From assembly GCF_009914755.1 (NCBI RefSeq), contig NC_060929.1: a stretch of DNA of 64,000 bases; one strand, given 5' to 3'. Every line of letters begins with the position of its first letter. The stretch's first letter is position 1. Shown here one piece after another: positions 27,613 to 41,000 of the stretch. This stretch comes from the human T2T-CHM13v2.0 reference genome, Homo sapiens. Under the pieces are notes generated by a model. The model was given only the letters and a program-made list of their open reading frames with translations, made no database searches and was not told the origin of the DNA. Made by a program: the position numbers and the translations under genes.

Positions 27613-27999
27613 TGTTGTGCTTTTTCTAACTTTTTAAAGATGAGTACTAAGTTTTATTACTCTCATTCTCCCTTATGTTATCAGAGTAAGTATATTTATC
27701 AGGTCCTATAGAATTTGATAAAAAATATTGTTCTCTGTGTTACTTTCTAAAGATCCTCAGCCCATTTGGACTCTCAAAATAAAACAGAATCCTAATGCTA
27801 CCAGTTTTTCACTTTAATACTAACAATTTCTGAAAAAGTCCAATTTTTATTGTTAAATCTTTATGCTGCCCAAAGTAAGATATCTATATGTTTTATATGC
27901 ATTATATATAGATATACGTTTGTATTAACTATATAACATAGAATTATGCAAAGCATATGTGCGTATATATATAGTGCATTTAAAATATATATATATATA

Positions 28000-28700
28000 T
28001 ATCCATGCATATAGGCATGAAAAAGAATAAAAATCACCTATAATTTGACACCAACAATAACTATGGTTAATATTTTGATGCATATATCCTTCAGTCTGTG
28101 TGTCTATCTGAGAGAAAGTGAGAGGGAAATTAATAATTTTACAGAGTTGGCATGTTTTACATGCCCTATATAGCATTATTTTTTTTGGAAATAAACTAAA
28201 ATCATTTCCCCATGACATTAAATATTTTCTCCAATATTTAAGAGGGGCATAGTACTCCTTTAATGTAATCCATTTCCTCAATTTCCTTTCATTGTACATT
28301 TAACTAATTTTTATTTTAGTTGCAGTAAAGAGCAATGTGATGGATAAAATCCTTATAGCTACATTCCTGTGGACATCCCTGACTGTTTTCTTAAGATGAA
28401 TTCCTAGAAGACTTAGAACATACACAGTTATGTGAAATTGCAATCCTTTTCAACCAGTGTCCTCAGAGGAACTCTTGCACCAGCACTGTGGGAAAATCAA
28501 CAGGCACACGGAATCCTTGAGCTCAGGAGTCACTGGGAATGATCATTAATATTTTACCAAATTACGGATCGAAATATTTTTATTCTGGCTTCCCTTCACT
28601 TTAATCTGAGCAACTCTTCATGTATTCATTGTCTACATGTATTTTTTATTTCATGATTTGTATTTCTTCTCCATATGGAAAGATAGTGGGACGATGCATC
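28000..28700 (-). mobile_element. Old L1ME/L1MC 3' fragment
   Basis: aaaatcacctataatttgacacc...actatggttaatattttgatgcatatatccttcagtc; ttttcttaagatgaattcctagaag. Confidence 0.6.
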
Positions 28701-29959
28701 TCACTTTTTAGTTTGTATTAGCTTTTTACAATGTCTACAGTGATCCCAGATCAATGTCTACAGTGATCCCAGGTCCTATTGTACCTTATTGTTTATACAA
28801 ATGCTTAAAAAGTGTTCACTTATTGGTGTGAAGATCACTTGGCTGCATTTTCAAAAGCATGCGACTTATTTTCTGTGGGATAGAACACCAAATGTATTTA
28901 CGGAGTTGATTTGGTTTATCAGAAATCAGTGCTAACTAGAAAGCAATTTAAAATTGTTGCACTGACCAAAGAAGAAATGCTAGCTCTGAGTAGAGTGGGG
29001 AATTTCTTTTTCCATATTAAGTATGTCAGCTATTGTTTGGAATGCAGGACTTTATATCAGATTGTTAATTTATAACAAACCAAGGATAGAATTGCATTCC
29101 ACATGATGAAAGGAAATTCACATCTACTAAGACAGTCTGCAAGGCACCTTGAGGAGACAGAATCGAGTAAATTATGTATTAAATATTCTTAAAACTTCCT
29201 CCATCTGCGGTGCCTTTGATTCAATGAGGTTAGTAATCATAAACACAGTGGTGGCCCTGCTATTGGTATTTTCACAAAATAGGTAGTTCTGCAGGCAAGA
29301 TAAATATCTCAGTACATAAGAAAAGACTCTGAAAATAAGCATGTGGAAGCAATTACTATTATAATAAGCATATGGCTCTGCTAATATACAGTGTTGCTTA
29401 ATAATTGATATAGAAAAAAAACAGTAGAAACATTTCTATATTCTGGGGCATTCCCTTGTACATTTAGAATGGAAAAGACCCCAGTGAAATGCAGAACAAT
29501 TAAGAGAGTACAGGTTGTCTTCCATTTCCACTGATACACATTTATGGCTATGAACAACAAGGCACGTCGAGAAAGCAGGAAGTATACAAATCAACTTAAT
29601 CTGTCCCACTGTGGTATTTCAGGCCCTCCACAATATAGTCCAATTTTATGGTTTTAGCCCTTGCTCCCACTTCTCTTCTAAATATATTTTCAGCTCCAGC
29701 TCAACTGGGCTACTTATTTTTTTTCCAGAGCATACTCTCTTCCTCTGTGTCGTTGTTCACCCTGTTCTTTTTGGCTGCAGTGGTATCCCCAAACCCACCT
29801 ACCCATCACATACCTATCCATTATCAAAGAATTATCTAAGGTGCCATGTCCTCTATGAAATCATTCTGTTTTCCTTAACTACAGGTGTACTCCCACTCCT
29901 TTGAAATTTTTTTTAACATTTTATTTATCCATTTCATCAAGAATTTAGGGGAAATGGTG

Positions 29960-30720
<761 letters not shown>

Positions 30721-30984
30721 ATCAGTGGTTTGCAGAAGGTAGTTCTTTGTTCATTCTTGTTGGTGTGATTTTTCTTTAGGGTTCCCTGATGGCTTCCGGT
30801 GTTGGTGTGGCTTTTATCATCTCTCAACCCACAGTCTTTTTTCCTTTCCATTATTCTGTTTCAAAGGAGGCAAGACTGGCTGAGCCTCATCAGTACAGGA
30901 GAAAGAGAAAAGGAATTTAAAAAGGGATAGGGTCACAGGAACAAAAATAAATAAGATAAGAGTTCTCATATAATTGTAAACTAG

Positions 30985-31462
30985 TTTGATGGTTGATTTT
31001 ATGTGTCAGTTTGACTGGACCGTAGGATGTCCACGTAGCTGGTTAAATGTTCTCTGGGTGTGCCTGAGAGGTTGTTGCTAGAAGAGATTAGCTTTTGAAT
31101 TAGTGGACTGAGGAAAGTCAATGGTCTCCCCCAGTGCAGGTCTGCATGATGCCATCCACTGATGGCCTGAATAGAACAAAAGATAGAGGAAGGTTGAGTT
31201 TACTCTGGCTGATTGTTTAAAGTGGGACAGCGGTTTTCTCCTGCCGTCAGCATTTCTGTCTCTCAGGCTTTCAGACCAAATCTATACCATAACCTCTCCA
31301 ACTCTCAGGCCTTGGAACTACACTACGGGTTTTCCCCAGCTTGCAGGCAGCAGATGGGATTTCTCAGTCTCCAAAATCATGTGAGGCCATATTTTATAAT
31401 ATCTCTTCATTAGATATATATTCTATTATTTTTGTTTCTCTGGAGAAGCCTGACTAATATGT
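30985..31462 (+). mobile_element. MLT2-family solo LTR (ERVL)
   Basis: Begins tgatggttgattttatgtgtcagtttgactgg, ends tttctctggagaagcctgactaata. Confidence 0.85.
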
Positions 31463-31624
31463 TGTCTGTAATTTCAAAATGTATCGAGTAATTCATGGCA
31501 ATAACATTTAACTACAAACTTTTATCGTACTCAGAATATTTATTTAGTTAGTTATTGGGCATCTATTGTCTATTATGCTTAGAGTATATTCATTAACAAA
31601 CTAGAAACACATTTTCCTCTCCAT

Positions 31625-31878
31625 GCGGGTGGATCAGGAGGTCAGGAGTTCAAGACCAACCTGGCCAACATGGTGAAACCCCATCTCTACTAAAAATACA
31701 AAAATTAGCCAGGTGTGGTGGAGGGCACCTGTAATCCCAGCTACTCGGGAGGCTGAGGCAGGCTAATTGCTTCAACCAAGGAGGCAGAGGTTGCAGTGAG
31801 CCAAGATCATGCTACTGCACTCCAGCATGGGCGACAGAGCAAGACTCCATCTCGGGGGAAAAAAAAGGAAAAAAAAAG
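31625..31878 (+). mobile_element. 5'-truncated AluS (Sg-like)
   Basis: Starts at gcgggtggatcaggaggtcaggag; right arm and tail present. Confidence 0.93.
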
Positions 31879-31989
31879 TTAATTTTTATTAGGCAATAAA
31901 AAATGAACTTGAAATAAAGAAAAAAGAGAGAAAATAGAAGAGAGGGAGAGATAAATAGAAGGGAGGGATGAAGGAAATAAAGAAAAAAC

Positions 31990-32645
31990 TATGCTATGTA
32001 GTGATAAATGGTATGGGAAAAAGAAGACAATAGAAATAGATAGGAGTTTGTGATTGTGAGAGTTTTGCAGTAGTAAACGGGAGTCGGAGGGCCAAGGAAA
32101 ACTTTATTAAAATGCTGACATTTGAATGAAAACCTCAAGGAACAGAGAAACTAGCTGTGAAAGGGAATTGACTATACAGATTTCAGGGGTGTGGCATTTC
32201 AGTCAGGTGGAAGAGCTAGTATAAAGATTTTAATGCAGGCACACTCCTGCTGTATTTAAGGAAGTTAATGTGATTGCAGCAGAATGCAAATTGGGCAGAA
32301 TAGCAGGAAACCAGAACAGAGAAATGAAGGTGAAGTCAGGTCATAGAGGGTGTCACAGATTATTTAAAATGGTGGCCTTTGCTCTGAGGGAAATAAGCAT
32401 CCAGACAGAGTTTTGAGCATAAGAATGTCATGATCTGACTTCCCATGTAAAAGGATAGCTCTGGCTATTGTGTTGAGAATATAGTGGAAGAAGACAAGAG
32501 TAGGGAGAACAGGAGGCTATTGCAGTAACCAAGACAAGAGATGACAGTGTCTGTCTGGGACAATAGCGGTAGGAAGAAGTGATCTGATTCTCAATGTATT
32601 TTGAAGGTAAAGGTAGGAGTATTTCTGGATGTATTGGCTGAGAAG
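31990..32645 (-). mobile_element. L2 fragment
   Basis: gagttttgagcataagaatgtcatgatctgact...ggaggctattgcagtaaccaagacaagagatga. Confidence 0.8.
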
Positions 32646-32669
32646 TGTCTGCAAACAATTCCTTGAAGA

Positions 32670-34335
32670 TTACTCTCAATCCTGTGCACATTTTAAAATA
32701 AGGCTATATGGTTTTCTGATATTGAGTTGTAGGAGCTCCTTATATATTTTGGATATTAACTTCTTAACTCATATATGGTATGCAAATATTTTCTCTCATT
32801 CCATAGATTGCATTTTCATTTTGTTGCCAGTATTCTTTGCTGTGCAGAAGCTTTTGAGTTTGAGGTAGTCCCACCTATTTTTGCTTTTATTGCTTGTGCC
32901 CGTGATGTCATGTTCAAGAAATCTTTGCCAAGACCAAAGTCATGAAGTTCTTTCCCAATTTTTTTTAGGAGATTCACAGTTTCAGGTCTTACATTTTAAG
33001 TCTGTAATCATTTCACATTTATTTTTGTGTATGGTGTAAAAGATAAGGATCCAAATTAATCTTTTTCACATGTGACTGATTCTTCTGACATCATTTTTTG
33101 AGGAGACTATCCTTTCTTCTTTTTGTATTCTTGGATCCTTGTTGAAGATCAGTTGACTATATAAATGTGGCTTTATTTCTGGGCATTTTATTTTATTCTA
33201 TTGGTCTATGTGTCTGTTTTTATGCCAGTATCATACTGTTTTGAACACTATTTTGTGTGTCAGTTTGACACATAGACTTATAAATAAATATAAATAAATT
33301 TATGTATTTATTTATTTAGTTAGTTAGTTAGTTTTGTTCTTTGGAGACAGAGTCTCACTCTGTCACCCAGGCTGGAGCGCAGTGGTGTGCTCTCGGCTGA
33401 GGAGGCAACCTCTACCTCCTGGGGTCAAGTGATTCTCCTGCCTCAATCTCCCGAATAGCTGGAACTTCAGACTCACGCCATCATGCCCAGCTAATTTTTT
33501 TTTCTATTTTTACAGACAGGGTTTCACCATGTTGCCCAGGCTGGTCTCAAACTCCTGAACTTAAGTGAGCCACCAGCTTCAGCCTCCCAAAATCCTGGGA
33601 TTACAAGTGTGAGCCATCAGGCCAGGCTGTAATGTATTTTAAAATCAGGACATGTGATGCCTCCAGCTTTGTTCTTCTTTCTCAAGATTGCTTTGGCTTT
33701 GAACCAAGATTATGGTTCTACGTGGATTTTAGGATTATTTGTTCTATTTCTTTAAAAAATGTCATTGGAATTTTGGTAGGGATTGGATGCATTGGAGGTG
33801 TAGATTGCTTTTGGTAGTATGGACATTTTAACAACATTAAGTCTTCCAATCCATGGACATGGGATGCCTTCTCATTTATTTGTGTCTCTTTTAATTTCTT
33901 TTATAAAGGTTTTATAGTTTTCACTGTACAAGTCGTTCACTGCCTTGAGTGAGTTTATTCCTAAATATATTTTTGCTGCTATTATAGTGGGATTTTTTCT
34001 TAGTTTCCTTTTCAAATAGTTCAGTGTTAGTGTATAGAAATATTACTAATTTTTGTATGTTGATTTTGTATCCTGCAACTTTACTGAATGGTTTATCAGT
34101 TCTAACAGGTTGTGGGGTTGGGATATTTTTCTTTTGTCTTTAGGGTTTTCTGCATATAAGATTGTGTCATCTGGAAACGGCGATAGCATTACTTCTTCCT
34201 TTCTAACTTGGATGCCTTTTATTCCCTTTTCTTGTCTACTTGCTTTGCTAAGACTCTCGGCATTATGTTGAATAGAAATGGTAAGAGCATGTATCCTTGT
34301 CGTGTCCTTGATCTTAGAAGGAAAGTTTTTGGTTT
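32670..34335 (-). mobile_element. Old L1 (L1MA/L1MB) inverted segment, ORF2-derived
   Basis: Antisense L1: tgctgtgcagaagcttttgagttt, tgtgatgcctccagctttgttctt; remnant KGIQVRKEEVMLSPFPDDTILYAENPKD. Confidence 0.9.
33285..33627 (-). mobile_element. AluJ-like inserted in L1
   Basis: Diverged Alu with catgttgcccaggctggtctcaaactcctgaacttaagtga; (TTTA/TTAG)n tail. Confidence 0.9.
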
Positions 34336-34338
34336 TTA

Positions 34339-35222
34339 CAAAGAAGACATTCAAATGGCCAAAAATATAGCAAGTCTTCACTTAATCTCATCAATAAGTT
34401 CTTGGAAATTGTAACTTTAAGGAAAACAAAGTGCAGTGACTCTTGAATGATGCCATTTTGTTTGACATCCCTAGGGTATAAAGTTGATGAGAAAAAAAAT
34501 GATGTGGTTATACATCCTTTCACTTAAACTCAGTTTCCAGGAACCTATAGATAATTTTAAGTGAGGACTTGCTATATATGAAAAGACACTCAACATCACT
34601 AATAGCCAGAGAAATAGAAATCAAAACTACAATGAGATACCATCTCATACCCCTGTTAGGATGGCCATTATCAAAGCAGTAACAAAAGAGATAAGTGTTG
34701 TCAAGGATGTGGAGAAATCGTAGCTTTTATATACTGTTGGTGGGAATATATAAAATGATACAACCACTATAGAAAACAATATGGAGTTTCCTCAAATTAA
34801 AAATAGAATTACCCTATGATCTAGCATTTTCACTTCTTGGTATTTATTCAAAAGAATTAAAATCAGAATCTCAAAGGGATAGATGCACCCCCAAAGTCAT
34901 TGTAGCATTATTCACAGTAACCAAGATGTGGGGAGAACTTAAATGTCCATCAGTGTATGAGTGGATAAAGAAAATGTGGTGTATACATACAATAGAATAT
35001 TATTCAGCCATAAAAATAAGAAAATCCTGCCATATGATACAACATGGATGAACCTTGGGAACATTATGTGAAGGGAAATAAGCCAATCTCAGAAGAACAT
35101 ATACAGCATGCATTCAATTATATGAAGTATCTAAGATAATCAAACTCATAAAAGCACAGAGTAGAATGAAATTTGCCAGGGGTTGAAAGAAGGAGAAAAT
35201 GGGAAGTTGTTGATTAAATAGG
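34339..35222 (+). mobile_element. Old L1 (L1MA/L1MB) sense segment, ORF2 end and 3' UTR
   Basis: aaagaagacattcaaatggcc...caacatggatgaaccttgggaacattatg...caaactcataaaagcacagagtagaatg. Confidence 0.9.
34368..34574. mobile_element. Short Tigger-type MITE (MER82-like) with TIRs
   Basis: tagcaagtcttcacttaa ... ttaagtgaggacttgcta (17/18 inverted match), TA on both sides, interrupts L1. Confidence 0.85.
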
Positions 35223-37062
35223 GGTGTCAGTGAATGACAGCAAGAATAAGAGGTAATGTGGTGATAAAATCTGATGGCAAGAGATGCAAAGCTGAGGATG
35301 TCTACAGAGCAGTGAAGCATCATGCTGTATCAAGGACAAGAAGCAGTGTGTATCTCTTTTATATCTTCAGTGCCAGTGGCATGAGGGCACAGGGAGGAAA
35401 AACTGCCACCACCTGTAACTACTCCAGGGAAAGTAGTGTCCTTAGGAAGAACAAGATTTCTACTGGAGCGAGACCATGAAATGAGCATTTGGAGAAATGG
35501 TTAAGACTTTTTTCAGTGATTGACATACAGAGGGACAGTAGACATGACAAGGGCGAAGGCAGACAGTGAAGGTAAGGCTTTGAATGTCAAGGGCTAGGGA
35601 GAGATGCATCTTGGGCACCTTTCTTAACTCCTGATGATGGATGGGGTTAGAAGAACCAGCAAAAGTGTGGTTCAGTCCTGGTGGAGAGTTTCATTGTTGA
35701 TCCTGGAGAAATATCCCCAATCTATTTCTCAATGAAGGCAGTGATAAACTTTTGATGCTGGAGAAGTAATGGAATCTTCCTTTAATAAAAAGAGTCAAGA
35801 TGTCCTTGGTGAGTGCAGAGAGAAAGAAGAAACATTTTCTAACACACTGTAAGAAATCTTGAATATAGGGACAACATCTTATTTATGTGTGTTTCCAAAG
35901 GCTACCACGTTGCTTGTCAGAATGAGTCACAAAACCATGGAAGGGAGGGAGGGAGAATAGGAGAGAATGCAGGAAAATGAAGAAAGGAAAGAGAAAGGAA
36001 AATAGAAAGGCAAACTCAAAAAAAATGAAAGATAAGAAAATATTATCTTGTTAAAACCATACTCATCAGGAGACTTAAGTCCTTATTCATTTAATTCAAC
36101 AAAGTTTTTCTCAAAATAATCACAAAAACATTCTGAAAATTAACTAATGAAAGAAAATGATAGTGAAATCATTTATAAAACAATGTATATGGACCCGTGA
36201 TTGATAGGTTTTGTTGCAAACCGAGCATTGAGTATGCGTGTGTCCATGATTCAATATAAAACTGACCCTTCTCATTTTGAAGAGATAACAATTTTCTTAT
36301 TTTGAAGAGATTAATAATGTGGTGAATTAACAAACCAACATGGAAGAGATTGAGAGAACCATGGGAAGGTGATTATATCATACCTTGTAAAGAAATATGT
36401 ATCTTATTCATAGGGTACAAGATACTGTTTCTATTCCTGCTGAAAGAGTAGGTTAAGAAATGGTATCTGCAATTTGAAGATACCAGAATAGCAACTTGAT
36501 CTCATATATCTTTGTTTGCTTCTCTGAAATTCGCATCAAGAAAAAGTCTCTAAAACATGTCTCAGAATCATTTTCTCTAGAATCCACTAAGTGGGCTTTA
36601 CAGCTTTAAAAATATCAAAGATTTCTATTACTATCTCTCCTAGGAAAACTGTGCCTATGACCATAGTCTTGTTTCAACTTCCAATGTATTTTTATGAAGA
36701 AAATATGAGAACTATATATACTCCATGCACTGTGATGATGTAACATACTAATGGGAGAGGTCCAAGGGCTTAGTAGAAAAAGTCTAGAGATGTAATTTCT
36801 TGTCCTAGCTCTGCGACTAACTAGCTATATGGCCATTACTATTCCAAGGGCAACAGACCTAAATCTCTCTGGGTGTCAATATCATAATTTTTGATATGAA
36901 GACAATCGAGGCTATAGTGCAGAAATTTTGGAGTCAGATAGACAAGTGTTTAAACCTTAATTCTGTCCTTTATCAGCTCCATGACATTGGCAAATTACCA
37001 ATAAGATCTCAAAACACTAGTTTCTTCTGCAAAATGTGGATAATAATTGTCCCCTTCCCTTA

Positions 37063-37150
37063 TTCTTTCCTTCTTTCTTTCCTTCTTTCTTTCTTTCCTT
37101 TCTTTCTTCCTTTCTTTCTTTCTTTCTTTCTCTCTCTCTCTTTCTTACTA
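37063..37150. repeat. (TTTC)n/(TC)n pyrimidine tract adjoining Alu tail
   Basis: ttctttccttctttctttccttctttct... Confidence 0.9.
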
Positions 37151-37468
37151 TTTTTTTTTTTTTTGAGACAGGGTCTTGCTCTGTTGTGCAGGCTGGAATG
37201 GAGTTGGCACCATCTTGGCTCACTGCAACCTCTGCTTCTCAGATTCAAGTGATTCTCCTGCCTCAGCCTCCCGAGCAGCTGAGATGCTGAGATTACAGGC
37301 ATGCACCACCATGCCCAGCTAATTTTGGTATTTTTAGTAGAGATAGGGTTTCACCCTGTTGGCCAGGCTGGTCTCGAACTCCTGACCTCAAGTTATCCAC
37401 CTGCCTCGGCCTCCCAAAGTGCTGGGATTACAGGCGTGAGGTGCTAGGATTACACCAGCACCCAGCCC
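37151..37468 (-). mobile_element. AluS (Sx/Sz-like)
   Basis: T-tail, gagacagggtcttgctctgtt...cccaaagtgctgggattacaggcgtgag. Confidence 0.95.
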
Positions 37469-38149
37469 CCTTTCCCTTATTCCTGTTATGATTATTAAAT
37501 GAGATGGGCTAGTATATTAAGCTCTTAGCGAAGTGCCTGGCACGTAGTAAACAATTCATGCATAGTACCGATTATTTTTGGTGTTACTGTTTTTAAAATA
37601 ATTTTTGCCATATTTAGTCAATGTAGACTGCTTTGAAAGCTTATAGATTTATCACATGCAAATGATTAAATGTGATTTCTGTGTCTCCTTCATAACCCTT
37701 GGCTGTCAGGTCCTTGGGCAGATATGTAAATCCCTGCTCTTGCATCGATCCGACATTAAAGGCGATGGGGATTAGATAATTTTCACTTAAAGTGACTGTC
37801 CTCTTTTTCTGGGAACCTGTCACAAGCGGGAGTTCTGCCTCGTATATCAAAAAGGAATTCTAGAAGGTGATTTCATTTTTGCTTTCATTTTGTTCTTCAA
37901 GGAAAGGGAGTTAAATATTAATTAAGAAGTCTAATCCAGTAAATATAGAGATGCAACCATCCCAGACTCACAGAGTTGATGATAAAAGGAGCTGTGAAAG
38001 GGATCAAAGCCAATAATAAGCCAGGATGAGCAGAGCGAGGAGCGAGCGAGAGATGTGGGATCAAAATATGCAAGAAGCCCAACTGCAGGCTGTAGTGCAG
38101 AGCGCCTTTAACTACAGCAGAACGCTGCAGCATCACTCATTCTGAACAC

Positions 38150-39650
38150 AAGTTATCAAACATTTATTGAATATCTACTACATGCTGAGAACTAGAAATA
38201 CAAAGATAAATTTCACAAAATCCCTGCCCCCAAGTAATTCACATCCTCAGAAGAAAGTCCTAAATGGTGACAGGAGGTGGCATAGCACAATAATTAAGCA
38301 CATTTCTTTGGAATGAGACTGTCTGGGTGTAAAGCTCAGTTTTGTCACTTCCTAGCTTTTGGGATGTGGAAACGACTTCATCTCTCTGAGTAGAGTTTTC
38401 TGCACTGGTATGATGGAAGAACCAAGTCATGACTTTATTGTGAAGAGTAAATTAGTAAAATATTTGAAATGGGCTCAATGTAGTATCTACTACCTGGTAT
38501 AGGCAACATTTTACATAGTATGCCATGATTAAAGGTTGCACAAAGAAGTTAATATTTGGGCCTGGCTTTGAGCTAGAAGAACATTGTTCTTGTAAAGAAA
38601 CAGAATAGATCACATCTTAAGCTGAGAATACAAAGATACTGTAAATTCAGAGCTCTTACATGGTATGATCGGGAAATAAAGAAATAGTGGAGTGAGAGAG
38701 AAATTGAAAGTGAGAAAGGAAAATACTAGAAAGTTAATCCTGAGCCAGCTCTTGGAAAATGTAGAATTGCATAGCAAAGTATTTTGACTTTACCATGGAA
38801 GCAAATGTGGGTCACCGAAGGTTATTAACAAAGGAGTGGATTGATTAAATTTGCATTTAGAAAAATTATTCTAAATGTGGAATCTACACTGAGAGAAGCA
38901 GGACTTGAACCAGAAGGAGGAATTAGAATGCCAAGAGTTGATAATGGTCCCATTTGGGCAATGAGAGTGATGGGAAGGAGTGAGGTGGAGGAGGGAAGTT
39001 TCAGAGGCAACTTGACAGGGATTAGCAACTGGTCCAAGTGGGTAGAGACAGGTTCATAGAGAGAGGGAGGATTCTAGAGTGGGTTTTAAGGACTACAAGT
39101 AGGATGACTAGGTTAGAGTATAGTCAATAAATGAGATGGAGGGTAGGAGGAGAACATCTGACTGGGAAACCGGAAGTTTGGTTTTGAAAAATATGAAGTA
39201 CATATTTTCTTGGGCTTCTGATGAGGATGTGGAAATAGGCACTTGGAAATGTTTTTATGGAAATAATCAGAATGTGAATCTGGAAATTAAGATAAGAAAA
39301 CCATCACCCATAGATTATAAATGGGGCTACATCAGGGGATGAGATGACTGGCAGAGGGAATATAAAGGTACCAGGGCCAAGGACACGACCCTAGAAATGC
39401 TCCCTTTTAGGGGACAATCCAAGGAAGGTGAGTCAGTGGAAGAGATGGAGAAAGGATACTCAGAGAATAGAAGGGTGAATCTATCCTCTTCTTGGCAGAA
39501 GGGACTATTAAGTAGAGCAAGGTCAACCATGCCATAAGCCACAAAATATTTAATTAGGATGAAGAATGAGAAAATGCCTTTGGATTTGACACTGGTAACA
39601 TCTGATGGAATATTCTAAAGTGAGGTCCTTGTAGGTGCTTGATTAAAATG
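38150..39650 (-). mobile_element. L2 fragments with embedded MIR (about 38270-38520)
   Basis: caaacatttattgaatatctactacatgc; gattaaatttgcatttagaaaaattattct; ccaaggacacgaccctagaaatgctcc. Confidence 0.7.
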
Positions 39651-39659
39651 CCTAACAAA

Positions 39660-39822
39660 GGCTGGGCGTGGTGGCTCATGCCTGCAATCCTAGCGTTTTG
39701 GGAGGCTGAGGCAGAAGGATTGCTTGAGCCCAGGAGGTTGAGGCTGCAGTAAACTGTGATTTTGCCACTGCACTCCAGCTCGGGGTGACAGAGTGACACT
39801 CTGTCTCTTAAAAAATAAAGAA
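39660..39822 (+). mobile_element. Alu monomer (FRAM-like)
   Basis: Single right-arm-type monomer, ggattgcttgagcccaggaggttgaggctgcagt; TSD cctaacaaag at 39651-39660 and 39835-39844. Confidence 0.88.
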
Positions 39823-40809
39823 ATTTTTACAAAACCTAACAAAGAGGAGGGTATAAAAAATAAAAGCTGAGCGAACACTACGTCCTGTACATATGTAGAG
39901 ATCTTGCATTTTCTGTACTAATGCCTCATATACAGTAGACAATCGAACGGTGTCTGTCCCATGCTGTACATATGTTGAAGTTTTCAACTTCACTCCTTTG
40001 CCTAAGGAGTGATGCTAACTGACAATTTTCATCATATTCTGTCCAGGAGGACCTTGATCCAGGGCAAGGATGCTTATGGACAGGAGCTGATGCTTGGAAT
40101 TCCTCAAATTATAATTCTAAAAATTGTGTTTGTTGAGAATCATGAGCAGCCAGTAAGATTCTCATAATTTATATAGCATTTGAGGATTATTATTGAACAA
40201 GAAGTCTTTAAATTTTTAAAAGGACAAAGTGTAAAATGTTCTGAATAAAAGGCTAACACACTTAGCTTAAAAATGTAGTGCCTCTGCAAGCTTAAACCGT
40301 GAATTTTAATCAAAGCCACTGCCCTCTTTGAGGGAGTTACTCAGAAGTTGCATCAGATTGTTGATGATAAATAGGCTTCAGCGATTCATTTAAATAATAT
40401 TTTTAAATCTAAGAAAACCCCTATTTTCCAGCTTTAGGTATGGAAATAAATTATCCTATTAGAACACTGACATTCTAAATTTTGAGAAATAGCATAAAAC
40501 TCACGGACGAAATCAGTTTGTATTATTGTTGGATAGTTAGGGTTGTTTTCAGTTGTAACTTTCTCTTGTCTTTGTCATTTCCCTAAGTGACAGAGGAGAA
40601 AGGAAGGTGGATAAAAACAGAACTTATAGAGGATATATTCTCCTTCCCACCCCATGTCACCTCCCCAACCAACAAATGCATATTTAATGGCCCTTCCCTC
40701 CTTTACTTTGATTATTTAATCATCATATAGTGCTACAGCTTTTTTAACAGTCCCTTTAAAATAAGAGAATATTGTCAGTACCATTTTTTAAAATAAGAGA
40801 AGCAGTTGG

Positions 40810-41000
40810 TTTTGAATTGAGACAGACCTGAATTTGAATCCCATCTCTTCTAAGTAAAAGCTGGGTGGTCAGCTGATTTTTTAATCTTTCTGAGATTCTC
40901 CTTGGTCACCAGTTAAATGACAAAAGAGAATATAAATATCCATTTTAAAAGGTTGTTGTGGGATTATATAAGCTAATGTATTATATGAGCACTGCATCTT
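40810..41000. mobile_element. MIR fragment
   Basis: tttgaattgagacagacctgaatttgaatccc...aggttgttgtgggatta. Confidence 0.65.

Larger units (their letters stand above)
36760..37570. mobile_element. MIR fragments (one split by Alu)
   Basis: cctagctctgcgactaactagctatatggcc; ttttggagtcagatagac; gaagtgcctggcacgtagtaaa. Confidence 0.7.
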
